A stretch of 64,000 bases of DNA, from contig OX638351.1 of NCBI GenBank assembly GCA_951813565.1, positions 1,248,001-1,312,000 of the forward strand, written 5' to 3'. Origin of the DNA: an uncultured Poribacteria bacterium (GTDB lineage Bacteria > Poribacteria > WGA-4E > WGA-3G). The notes below the pieces were generated by a model. The model did not search any database and was not told the origin of the DNA. It was given only the letters and a program-made list of their open reading frames with translations. This document shows positions 21,279 through 31,132 of the stretch, piece by piece. The position numbers were made by a program, and so were the translations under genes. Numbering within the stretch: the first letter of the stretch is position 1; each line of letters opens with the position of its first letter.

Positions 21279-22307
21279 TTATTGCGTCATACGTTCAGCT
21301 TGTTTCAACCGACCCCAGAGGGTCGTCTGGGTGTCCACAGTCGGAGAAACTGAGAAAAAACTTTCGGGAACCCATGCGGGAAAATAATGTTGCCCAGTAT
21401 TTTGTGTGATTTGCCGTGACTCGCCCCCTTCGACAGAAACGATAAAAATGTGTCTCTCTCCAATCCGGTTTTGGAAAGGATTCGCACCTCCATCTGGATT
21501 CAGGTTTTGGAAAGGATTCGCACCTCCATCGAAGGCATCGTAGACAATCCACTTACCATCAGGAGACCACGCAGGATGGTCGCTCCAAGTCCCAAGAGGT
21601 GACACGCGGCGGGCGTTTTGTCCATCTGTATCCATGATGTAGATACCACGCCCATCACTATCGACAGCACAAGCAATCTGTTTCCCATCAGGCGACCACG
21701 CAGGCGAAGTAAGAGTAAGTCCGCCCGGGTTTTTAATCTGTATGAGATTTTTTCCATCCGCGTCCATCACATAGACTCCGAAGCCATTATTCCTAATAGA
21801 TTGGAAAGCAATTGATTGCCCATCTGGAGACCAGGCTGGGCTACGGTTATCTTTTCCTTGGTTAGTCAGTCTTTGTAGATTCTTGCCGTTGATATCTATT
21901 TTGTATATATGACTTTCCCATGCTCTCGTGGATACAAAAGCGATCCAATTTCCATCAGGTGACCAGGCTGGATCACCAGAACTGCCCTCCTGTTGGTTTG
22001 TCAACCGACGCGCCTGAGCTACATTGAATGTCTTAATATAGATTTCGGAATTTCCATCACGGTTCGACCCAAAAGCAAAAGAACGCCCATCCGGTGCCCA
22101 CGCTGCACAACAGCTTGATGCGGGATGTTTTGTTAGGTTGCGTAGATTTTTGCCGTTTGTATCAATGATGTCGATGGCGATGTAGACGCCAGTTTCCCCT
22201 ACCTTGAGAGAATTGAAAGAAATATACGGAGCTCCCCAAGCGTTTACGGTAAGTATAAAAGAACTGAACAGTAACGTCATTCCAAACAATATATAGGTGC
22301 GTTTCAT
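21279..22307 (-). CDS. Secreted TolB/PD40 beta-propeller, copy 4
   Basis: PD40 repeats; internal DGGANPFQN duplication. Confidence 0.9.
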   Translation of the reverse strand: MKRTYILFGMTLLFSSFILTVNAWGAPYISFNSLKVGETGVYIAIDIIDTNGKNLRNLTKHPASSCCAAWAPDGRSFAFGSNRDGNSEIYIKTFNVAQARRLTNQQEGSSGDPAWSPDGNWIAFVSTRAWESHIYKIDINGKNLQRLTNQGKDNRSPAWSPDGQSIAFQSIRNNGFGVYVMDADGKNLIQIKNPGGLTLTSPAWSPDGKQIACAVDSDGRGIYIMDTDGQNARRVSPLGTWSDHPAWSPDGKWIVYDAFDGGANPFQNLNPDGGANPFQNRIGERHIFIVSVEGGESRQITQNTGQHYFPAWVPESFFSVSPTVDTQTTLWGRLKQAERMTQ

Positions 22308-22611
22308 TTGTTTATCTCCCGGATAATCCCTTAGGCTTGGATACTTGAAGTTACTTATAAATCCTTTCGGGTGGGTTGTGTGCACCCGAATTTCGCTTTT
22401 CAAGATACCAGTGGGTAAAATAGGTGGTAATGTTAAATGCACTTCATATCCATTTCGATCTTTTAATGGTTTTACCTGAGCAGTGCCAACATCAGCTTCA
22501 ACCTTTGTAATATGAAAGACTGTGCCGCTCATGTTGTTAAGTACCACCAACATAGCTAACAACTTTTTTACATGATCATGGTATTTTCTACATGGTGAAC
22601 CGTGATTATCT

Positions 22612-23595
22612 TTATTGCGTCATACGTTCAGCTTGTTTCAACCGACCCCAGAGGGTCGTCTGGGTGTCCACAGTCGGAGAAACGGAGAAAAAACTTTCGG
22701 GAACCCATGCGGGAAAATAATGTTGTCCAGGATGTTGTGTGATTTGCCGTGGCTCGCCCCCCTCGACAGAAACGATAAAAATGTGTCGCTCCGCATTCGG
22801 GTTGTCCGGAGGATTCGCAATTGGTTCATCGTAGGCATCGTAGGCAATCCACTTACCATCAGGCGACCACGCAGGATTGCGGCTCCAAGTCCCAAGAGAT
22901 GACAAGCGGCGGGCGTTTTGTCCATCTGTATCCACGATGTAGATATCATCCCCATTATTACCGACAACACAAGCAATCTGTTTTCCATCAGGCGACCAAG
23001 CAGGAGCCTTAGGACGCCCGCCTATATGGAACGGGTCAATAAGCTGTCTGGGATGTTTTCCATCTGCGTCCATCACATAGAGACCGGAGGGGACCCCAAA
23101 CACATCGAAAGCAATTGATTGCCCATCTGGAGACCAGTCTGGTTCAAAGTTGTATTTTCCTTGGTTAGTAAGCCTTTGTAGATTCTCGCCATTGATATCT
23201 ATTTTGTAGATATGATGGTCCCCTGTTCTATTGGATACAAAAGCGATCCAATTTCCATCAGGTGACCAAGCAGGGTAAGAATCAAACTCCGGTTGGTTTG
23301 TCAACCGACGCACATTAGCTACATTGAATGTCTTAATATAGATTCCGAAAGGTGCATCACGGTCCGACACAAAAGCAAAAGAACGCCCATCTGGTGCCCA
23401 CGTTGCGCTCCAGTCATCTGCCGGGTGGTTTGTTAGGTTGCGTAGATTCTTGCCGTTTGTATCAATGATGTAGATGTCACTTTGCCCTGTACGGTTAGAA
23501 TAGAAGGAAATATACGGAGCTCCCCAAGCGTTTACGGCAAGCAGAAAAAGACTGAACAGGAATGTCATCCCAAACAACATATAGGTGCGTTTCAT
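22612..23595 (-). CDS. Secreted TolB/PD40 beta-propeller, copy 5 (first in the transcript)
   Basis: PD40 repeats; own aggagg RBS. Confidence 0.9.
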   Translation of the reverse strand: MKRTYMLFGMTFLFSLFLLAVNAWGAPYISFYSNRTGQSDIYIIDTNGKNLRNLTNHPADDWSATWAPDGRSFAFVSDRDAPFGIYIKTFNVANVRRLTNQPEFDSYPAWSPDGNWIAFVSNRTGDHHIYKIDINGENLQRLTNQGKYNFEPDWSPDGQSIAFDVFGVPSGLYVMDADGKHPRQLIDPFHIGGRPKAPAWSPDGKQIACVVGNNGDDIYIVDTDGQNARRLSSLGTWSRNPAWSPDGKWIAYDAYDEPIANPPDNPNAERHIFIVSVEGGEPRQITQHPGQHYFPAWVPESFFSVSPTVDTQTTLWGRLKQAERMTQ

Positions 23596-23711
23596 TTTTT
23601 TACCTCCTGGAAACTCACTATCAAGAATAGCGAGTTGTTAATAGTTTGACGTGCGAATTAAACACAATACAGCAGTTATTACAAATTTCGGAGGACGGAG
23701 GCAAATTTAAA

Positions 23712-23764
23712 GACTGTCAGTTGTGAATGATATGTAACTTCTAAAATTATTTATCAAACTCACC
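23712..23764 (+). mobile_element. Isolated IS982 right-end remnant
   Basis: gatatgtaacttcta..attatttatcaaactcac matches 21170-21202. Confidence 0.75.
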
Positions 23765-23776
23765 TTCTTTATAATT

Positions 23777-23805
23777 TAGACGCGATTTTGAATTGGAAGG
23801 TTTCA
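23777..23805 (-). promoter_or_regulatory. ECF-type promoter TGAAAC-N17-CGTCTA upstream of the TolB array
   Basis: Matches a motif seen 8 times in the window. Confidence 0.65.
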
Positions 23806-23854
23806 CTTTAAGAAAAATAATAGACATTATAATGATTTAATCTGCGTTGTGTTG

Positions 23855-24034
23855 TCAGAATCGCGGATTATCGCAGATTTATCGGATGACGCGGATTTTA
23901 AGAACTTGGTATCCGCACATTCAACGGACGCATGCACGCCTTCTGTTATTGACCGGACATTATGAAAACGACTTGTTGTTACCAGTATCCAATAATCCGT
24001 GCCATCTGCGTCATCCGATAAATCCGAGATTCAG
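23855..24034. repeat. Inverted pair of CGGATTT-type periodic repeats
   Basis: gatttatcggatgacgcggat versus atctgcgtcatccgataaatc. Confidence 0.6.
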
Positions 24035-24532
24035 AAAGTTGCGCGCGATGCCTCATCTACCCAACGGACAAACATAAGATTTTTCCGTAGACCAATAACT
24101 CACAATTAAAACGTTATAATGTCTAATGTGTTTTTTGAGAGAAACAGGTAATTATAGTGAACCCATAATTATTTCAGGGGTGTGCATAAATAATTCCGAT
24201 GTTAAATATGCGCTTAAAGGTAATAGGCACACGCCGTGGGTTTCCGTCCACAAGTTCAAAGAGGCGCAATGAATTGCGCGACTACAAACTTACGTATTCT
24301 TGAGATGACGCGACGACAAACGGATCACTGCTAATTTGAACTAAAATCGGGCGGACAAGGTTTCCCTCCCATAAGAAAGGTTCGCGACAATTGAATGGCT
24401 CTGATATGGATAATTAATATCAAGGTTGATAAGTTGGAGAGGAAGGTTTTAGTTTGCTTGGAAAAGGTAAAAAAGAAAAGACGCGCTGTGAAGCACTCCA
24501 TAGATTGGTAAGTGATTAAATTTATTTGTCAG

Positions 24533-25414
24533 TTACTCATTCTTGGATCCTATGTTGTCTTTTTCAAGTATTGCCATTCGCGTCCAACCAAAGTGTGAGT
24601 TTTCTGATTCAACAGCGATCCATTTGCCATTCTTATCATGTTGATTTGGAGAGGACATAATTGCGTAATCTTGTTTTTCTTCTATTTCCACTTGTAAGTT
24701 GCCTTTTACACCAAAAATCCTAAGTAGTGCAGGCACGTCGCTTGAAAAGTTGCCATCAAGCTTTATCCAGTTGGTATATTTGAGAGGTTCTCCATTGTCC
24801 CACCGCCATTTTCCTTCTTTTTGAACATCAGTCAACCCAATCCAGTATGGTCCAGTTCCAAAAACGGCTTCAAGCCATATCTGCTCTGCCTCGCTTGTGA
24901 TTGTAACGAGATATGCATCTTCACGAGCGGCTTGAATTTGTGCATCTATTCTGGTATTACACTTGATCCACTTGTAAGCGTGTCCATTTGCAGGATTGAT
25001 TATCCACATACCGGGAAAGTTTGGCAGATACAGTGGTGGCACCTCTTCTGTTTCTCCGTTTTCATCAGGCAAATCATCAAGTTGGTCAGGATTACCGTTG
25101 AGCGTTAAAACTATAATTTCGGGCGGTTGTTTGCCTTCAAGAAAAAATGGTTTTGTTATAGTAGAAAGCCCACGATAATTTACGGAGAGCGCAAAGACTC
25201 CTGGGAGAAAAACAGTCCGATCAAAATATCCATCGTCGTCCGTTTGAATCGATATAGGGCGACTAAAAGGATATTCACTGGTTCCATCTAAATTGAGCTG
25301 CCCAATGTTAATTGCAAGGGCAGTTTCGGACAGTGGTTCTCCGTTTTCAAAAACGATTCTACCCCGAATATTTAGCGGGCTTTCCATGACGACTTTGAGA
25401 CGGACATTTTCTAT
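24533..25414 (-). pseudogene. 5'-truncated protein with carboxypeptidase-regulatory-like and C-type lectin domains
   Basis: NGHAYKW, LVTITSEAEQ, YWIGLTD, WRWDNGEP..YTNW; frame stays open upstream (IENVRLKVVM) until the IS end at 25415. Confidence 0.75.
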
Positions 25415-26748
25415 CAGGACTTACGCATTTTTATAAAATGGTGTATACTATTCTCAGGACTTACGCAGTCTTGAAGATTATTGAAGGATTTGAGAGTTGA
25501 TGTCGTAAATAATCGTCCAATAAGCTATCTTTAAGCTCATAAATTGTTCTACCAACTGCACGGGCAGTGCGTGTCAAACAGACCCATACTTGAAAACAAC
25601 ACGCAATATGATTTCTTTGCGCACGCAACTTGCGACATTGACATTTACCAATACCAGTGACTTGTTTGATCTCACGATGAAATTGCTCAATCTTCCAACG
25701 CACTTTACATTCTTGGATTGTGGCATCCGCATCTGATTGAGATAAATCGTTTGTAGCGATATATACCGTGTGTCCGTTAGAGGACGCTATCCGGAACAAC
25801 TTCACTTGATGTCCATTTGGAAACTTATTGATGTGCACGCGTTTTCCTTGTCGTATTTCTGTTTGGGTCCAACATAAATCTTGGACTTGTTGGTGTTGTT
25901 CAACACCATCCGTATCATTGACAAGACGATTACGCTTGAGAGGCACATAGTAAATCTTGGAAAGTTTTTCAATCGCTTTGATGACTTTCATTGACGCATA
26001 CCAAGCATCCATGAGCACAGTCCGAAACGGGAGTTGTTTTTTCAAGTAGACATTGTGCAACATTTCCAGTAAATGGTCTATTTTGGTTTTACCATCATGA
26101 TCTTTGTCAAAAATACGATAATCAATGATCCAATATTCTTGCGTCTTTGGATTGACATAAAGACACGTGACAATACCGATGCCTACAACGACTTTTTTGT
26201 CGCTACCACTCCATTGAGAACGAAGGGCTTCAATCTCTTTGGCATGGAGTTTAGGAAGCACAAAATCATCAAAAACTATGTATCCTTCATCATCATACTC
26301 AATGTCATCCTTTACGGATTGCCAGAGTTCGTTGGAAGGAATGTTTTCATTTCTCAAAAAACGATTGAGTTGATCGTGGCTCCATTTCTCTATATGATCA
26401 GCAAAGTAGGTTTGTGTCCAATTCGTGACACTTGCTATCAAAAACTGACAATAATCGGAAAATAGGTTTTCCTTCTTTTGAGAGTGGGAAAATGTAATCA
26501 TAATAGAATAGTAGGACTTACGCAATTTTCACAGTTTTCCCAGTGATTATGAATCAAATAATGTAATTTTCAGCAGAATTCTAAGTTCTCAGCGCGTTTA
26601 CATGAAGATTAACTTATTCTTTCGGTAATTTTCTGTCCGCATGAAGCAGATGTGCCCGCTGCTGGCGAGGTTTCCTAACCTCGCTAAATTACCGATTTAT
26701 TTTCTTAAACTTCATCAAAACGCGCCTACCGTTTGTGCGTAAGTCCTG
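25415..26748. mobile_element. Rearranged IS701-like element plus a MITE with the same ends
   Basis: (c)aggacttacgca at 25415, 25455 and 26513, and inverted at 26736-26748. Confidence 0.8.
25461..26501 (-). CDS. IS701-family (DDE_5-like) transposase
   Basis: VFDDFVL, IDYRIFD, VLMDAWY, RWKIEQFHREIKQ, CQCRK. Confidence 0.85.
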   Translation of the reverse strand: MITFSHSQKKENLFSDYCQFLIASVTNWTQTYFADHIEKWSHDQLNRFLRNENIPSNELWQSVKDDIEYDDEGYIVFDDFVLPKLHAKEIEALRSQWSGSDKKVVVGIGIVTCLYVNPKTQEYWIIDYRIFDKDHDGKTKIDHLLEMLHNVYLKKQLPFRTVLMDAWYASMKVIKAIEKLSKIYYVPLKRNRLVNDTDGVEQHQQVQDLCWTQTEIRQGKRVHINKFPNGHQVKLFRIASSNGHTVYIATNDLSQSDADATIQECKVRWKIEQFHREIKQVTGIGKCQCRKLRAQRNHIACCFQVWVCLTRTARAVGRTIYELKDSLLDDYLRHQLSNPSIIFKTA

Positions 26749-26759
26749 CTTTTAATTTA

Positions 26760-26788
26760 TAGACGCGATTTTGTGTTGGAAGGTTGCA
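26760..26788 (-). promoter_or_regulatory. ECF-type promoter TGCAAC-N17-CGTCTA, now pointing into the IS
   Basis: Nearly identical to the motif at 23777-23805. Confidence 0.65.
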
Positions 26789-26836
26789 CTTTGCAAAAAA
26801 TAATGTGTTTTTTGTGGGAAATAAGTGATTATTCTA

Positions 26837-27024
26837 ACGTGAATTTGATAAATAGTTAGAACTTCCACATTTCCTCTTAAAGTCCCTCTGATAAGGGGAT
26901 TTAGGGGGCGGGCCCCATAGCGATAGCGTATGGGGAGATAAAACACCAAAATAACGATTTTTTCAGCAAATATGCCCGTTCTCTGTTCAATTTTTGCCTG
27001 TCCAGTTAATTATCAAACTCACGT
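26837..27024. mobile_element. IS982-derived MITE, 7-bp TSD TATTCTA
   Basis: TIRs match the IS at 20193-21203; TSD at 26830-26836 and 27025-27031. Confidence 0.9.
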
Positions 27025-27330
27025 TATTCTAAGAAATGGCGAAAAGATGATTTATCCTTCTTTGGGAAGGCATACTTTAGAGGATAGCATAGGGTTGGAT
27101 AACAGTCAATTTAAAACAACAGTTTAGGGCTATTTAGTTTTAGGATTTTTATACATTTTTGTCGGGAAGTAGTGAGCTGGAGCTCGCTCCTACAAGAAGA
27201 GGCACATGGAATAATAAGCGAAAATATGAAGAACTAATGACACTGACAACAGTTAATGAATGTAGTAGGTGATGGCAATTTGTAATTTGGAACATTTTTT
27301 TCAAGTGCTTGGAAAGAGGGTAAGAATAAG

Positions 27331-27357
27331 AAAAAGGCACGCGTGGGTGTCGTGCCT
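27331..27357 (-). terminator. Intrinsic terminator (paralogous hairpin at 30990-31016)
   Basis: aggcacg/cgtgcct stem plus T-run on the minus strand. Confidence 0.65.
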
Positions 27358-27433
27358 AAGGCAGGTTAAATTAATTCCGCATTATAGTCAGTAGCAGCTT
27401 ATGTAATAGCGTGCTACTGTTCGATTTTTCGCT

Positions 27434-27721
27434 TTATGTATGCTGCTGTGCGCTACTGAAATTAGATATAGTTTCAGAGTCATCACTATTTTTATCAGGT
27501 GTGTCTGGTTGTTCTGTGTCTGTGAGATCTATTTGCGGTATTTCTACTTTTTCTGTTTCTGAAGGCTTTTCCATGTGCTGTATTTCCACTCTGGGGTCAG
27601 TATCCACTGGTTGGAGGTAAGCCATTTGGTTTTGGAACCACAAATAGCATCCAAGTGTGAAAATTAGTATGAAACAGGTTCCACCGAGAATACAATTTTC
27701 TATGGTAAATTCTTTTAACAT
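27434..27721 (-). CDS. Small N-terminally anchored protein (GCYLWFQN family)
   Basis: Paralog of 31133-31510 and 32016-32792; gaggag RBS. Confidence 0.7.
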   Translation of the reverse strand: MLKEFTIENCILGGTCFILIFTLGCYLWFQNQMAYLQPVDTDPRVEIQHMEKPSETEKVEIPQIDLTDTEQPDTPDKNSDDSETISNFSSAQQHT

Positions 27722-27898
27722 CTTTTTCTCCTCTTCAATTCATATCTTCAGGCGGTATCCACTGGGTTTTTATGCTTTGTTTTAGTTATCTCAGTTAATC
27801 ATTAGACAAATGAGGAAACATTGTGTTCACGAAAACTGAGTTTCCCGATATTTGGATTTTTCAGTCAATTCCTCTCCCATTTGAACCTTCTGTAATTA

Positions 27899-27927
27899 AA
27901 GACGCATTTGCGAGGAAAAAGATTGCA
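27899..27927 (-). promoter_or_regulatory. ECF-type promoter TGCAAT-N17-CGTCTT
   Basis: Motif match upstream of 27721. Confidence 0.6.
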
Positions 27928-28172
27928 CTTTTTCATAAAAAAATGCATTTTTTCAGTAAAAAGCTGATTTTTGTGTGATTTTTTCAAGAAATGTGTGTAA
28001 AATCAGGTTTTGAAACAAGTGGGAAAGTAAGTTTCTGTTGAATAAAAAAACACGAATGAAAGCTCGCCTAAATCATAGTGTTGTTTTGATTAGATTCTGT
28101 CATGTGAAGGTCGCGAGCTGGAGCTCGCTCCTACAAGAAGAGGATTTTGTGCGATTATAGGTAAATATCTCG

Positions 28173-30371
28173 TTAGAATGACTTATTTTCAACATCAGGG
28201 TCTAATTCCATAGCCTTTGCTATGTCTGCTTTTGCTTCTTTATGCTTGCTGAGTGCTTGCTTCGCTTGTCCTCGCTCGTAATAATAGAGTGCGTCACTGG
28301 GCTTAATCCGTATAGCCTCATCAAAATCCTCAATCGCGTCATCATAGTCTCCAAGAGCAGCCTTTGCAGCTGCCCGGGTGTGGTAGGCGGAAGCACTCGG
28401 TTTATCTGAATTAATCCGAATCGCCTCATCACTGTCAGTGACTGCTGCTTGAAAGAGAATTTTGGCTTCTTCTTTATTCCCGTCCTCAACTTCTAATTGT
28501 CCAAGTATATACTTTTCCCATCCTCTCCCATTATAGGCTGAAGCGTACTCTGGGTTTATTTTGATGGCTTCTGTTTGGTCGCCAATAGACGCTTTATAGT
28601 ATTCTCGCGCATCCGCTATATTCCCTTGATCCGCTTTAGATTTACCAAGATTGTACTTCGCGAAACCACGATTGTAGTAAGAAATAGCGTCCTCTGGGTC
28701 AAGTTTTATGGATTCAGTATAATCGTCAATCGCTCCTTGAAAGTACCCATCAGCACCAGCTACATCTCCATCATCTGCATTGGAAATACCAAGTCGTTGT
28801 TTTGCATACGCGCGTTGGAAGTAGGCAAAATTATCCTTAGAATCTAATTCAATAACTTTACCATAGTCTTCTATTGCGCCTTCATAGTCGCCAAGTTGGC
28901 GTTTCGCAAGACCACGATTAAAGTAACACCTTGTATACTCAGGGTCTAATGTGATTGCCTCAGTATAGTCTTTAATTGACTCTTGATAGTATTTACGAGC
29001 ACTTTTTTTATCACCTTTGTCCGCCTTAGATTTACCGAGGTCATACTTCGCACGCCCGCGACTGTTGTAAGCTTCGTCGTCTTGTGGGTTGGATTGTATG
29101 ACTTTGTTATAGTCCTCTATTGCGCCTTCATAGTCGCGATTGAAGCGTTTTGCATCTCCTCGATGTCCATAAACATTCAATAATGGGTTGGGTTCAGGAT
29201 TTAGGCTGATCATTTTGTCATAGTCTTCAATTGCCCCAGCATAGTCCTCCAATACAGCCCTCACATGTGCGCGAGTAAAATAGATTTCTGCTGCATTTGG
29301 GTTGAGTTTTAAGGCGATATCATAATCAGCAAGTGCCTCTTTGTGTTGTTCTGAATCAAATTTCGCAGCAAATTTAGCGGTCGCTCTGATGACATAGGCC
29401 TGAACAAAATCAGGATTAAGTTTGAGAGCAGCATCACAGTCAGCAATTGCCTCATTGTATTGATCTAATGATAGGTTCGCGGAAGCTCGGTTGATATATG
29501 CCTCTACAAAATTGGCGTTAAGTTTGATGGCGGAATCACAGTCGATAATTGCATCTTCTGCTTCACCCATCAAAATCTTTAAACCTGCACGATTGGCGTA
29601 TATCTCCACTGCATTTGGATTAAGTTCAATTGCAGCATCAAGGCACTTTAGTGCGTCCAGGTTTTTACCTTGCCTCATATTCATCTGGGCTTGCACAACT
29701 TGGGTAAAACCTTGTATATGTGGGAGTTTTTGCCATTCATCCAATGGCATCATTTCTTCCGCGTTCGCAAGTAAAAACTGTAAGGCGTTTACGGGAATCG
29801 CGTGGCTAATAGACAAAGTTGTTCCACCAATAAATGTCAATATGCTTGAGGCAGCACCAACAGCAACCCCTATAACCTCACCCATGCTGTTTAGCACAGC
29901 ACCACCACTATATCCGGAAGCTAAATCCTCTTTAATTTGTATGCGTTTATCGCTACTTCTAATGCCTCGCATAGTGATTTGTGTAGCTACACCTTTTTCT
30001 CCTCCGGGGTAGCCTACCGCACATAAAATATCGCCAATCTGAACCGTATCACTATCACCAAAGGGCAGCGGTGTTCCTTCACCAGCAACTTTAAAAATAA
30101 CAAGGTCGTTTTCGGTATCAAACGCCACTACACCTTCAACAGGGAATTCAGTATTTGTCCCAACGAGTTCCGCAAAAAAGGAAGGTGCTCCTGCAACACA
30201 ATGAATATTTGTCACGACAAGGTTTGGACCGACAAAAAACCCGCTACCCCGTATCCAGATAAGGTGTTTACCGGATTCTTCGTCAGTTTTTTGCCATACT
30301 ACACGGACAACAGAATTTGTTAGCGCGTTTTCTGCAATCTGCTGTAGTTTTTCATCTCTTTTTTCTTCCAT
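28173..30371 (-). CDS. Trypsin-like serine protease plus TPR repeats
   Basis: GSGFFV, TNIHCV (H), NDL (D), GYSGG (S); many AYxNRG TPR units. Confidence 0.9.
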   Translation of the reverse strand: MEEKRDEKLQQIAENALTNSVVRVVWQKTDEESGKHLIWIRGSGFFVGPNLVVTNIHCVAGAPSFFAELVGTNTEFPVEGVVAFDTENDLVIFKVAGEGTPLPFGDSDTVQIGDILCAVGYPGGEKGVATQITMRGIRSSDKRIQIKEDLASGYSGGAVLNSMGEVIGVAVGAASSILTFIGGTTLSISHAIPVNALQFLLANAEEMMPLDEWQKLPHIQGFTQVVQAQMNMRQGKNLDALKCLDAAIELNPNAVEIYANRAGLKILMGEAEDAIIDCDSAIKLNANFVEAYINRASANLSLDQYNEAIADCDAALKLNPDFVQAYVIRATAKFAAKFDSEQHKEALADYDIALKLNPNAAEIYFTRAHVRAVLEDYAGAIEDYDKMISLNPEPNPLLNVYGHRGDAKRFNRDYEGAIEDYNKVIQSNPQDDEAYNSRGRAKYDLGKSKADKGDKKSARKYYQESIKDYTEAITLDPEYTRCYFNRGLAKRQLGDYEGAIEDYGKVIELDSKDNFAYFQRAYAKQRLGISNADDGDVAGADGYFQGAIDDYTESIKLDPEDAISYYNRGFAKYNLGKSKADQGNIADAREYYKASIGDQTEAIKINPEYASAYNGRGWEKYILGQLEVEDGNKEEAKILFQAAVTDSDEAIRINSDKPSASAYHTRAAAKAALGDYDDAIEDFDEAIRIKPSDALYYYERGQAKQALSKHKEAKADIAKAMELDPDVENKSF

Positions 30372-30781
30372 AATAGTATTCCCTGCCTATAGGCAATGTC
30401 CATATATTTGCAGATTTTAATTTTTTGAAATATCATCTTGGGAAGTATTTTGCCAATAGCATAGCATAAAAATGCTTACCTGTCAATGAGAATACCAGAA
30501 ATGGGTGTGTAAAGTTTTTGTCATTAACCATATTTTCTTGTTGGAGGGTTTTGGAAACCCGATTTCATTTTGTCAGAATCGCGGAAAGCCGGAGAACGCG
30601 GAAAACACGGAAAGACCTACTTTTATCCCAGTTAATTCTCATATATATATTCCAATGCTTTGAAAATATTGCTGATCCAGAAAGCAACATCTTCCGCGTT
30701 CTCCAGGGAATGCCTAAATGGCATTCCCCGTATGGCATGCTGCCAAATCAACGCCAAATACGCTTTTTGGCATTTGGCGGG

Positions 30782-30948
30782 TGTCAATTTAAGGATATAC
30801 CTTCTTGTGGGAGTGAATCAACGCCAAATGCGCTTTTTGGCATTTGGCGGGTTTTCAACCCCGATTTTACAGGTTAAGACTCACGAAATCGGGGTTGAAA
30901 ACCCCTCCTACAAGAAGAAAATTCAACATTTTTCTCTTAAATTGACAG
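30782..30948. mobile_element. MITE-like unit with tgtcaatttaag TIRs carrying an inverted REP doublet
   Basis: tgtcaatttaag / cttaaattgaca; internal ggggttgaaaacccc-type hairpins. Confidence 0.6.
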
Positions 30949-31132
30949 TTATGGGTAGAGCGGAGCGACACCCAACATTTGCGCATAAGAAAAAAGGCAC
31001 GCATGAAGGCGTGCCTAATGTATGGAAAACTTTATGATAGAACCATTACAATCAGGGTGTTGCAAAAAAGGATTTGTTTTCTATTTTGGGGTTCTCATCT
31101 CCTTAATACCATAGCCAAGTAGCCCTTGTGTT

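Noticed and set aside
15231..22611. Integron-like cassette array
   Set aside because: No integrase or attC-like palindromes; spacers are a duplicated gene fragment
14270..22988. Repeated alternative-frame ORFs (MENRLLVL..., MRHTFSLF...)
   Set aside because: Shadows of the duplicated TolB genes; conserved only because the DNA is repeated
14244..23595. Diversity-generating retroelement behind TolB variation
   Set aside because: No reverse transcriptase or template repeat in the window; differences include indels and do not look adenine-restricted
14244..23595. Genuine tolB of a Tol-Pal system
   Set aside because: No TolB N-terminal domain and no tolQ/R/A or pal neighbours
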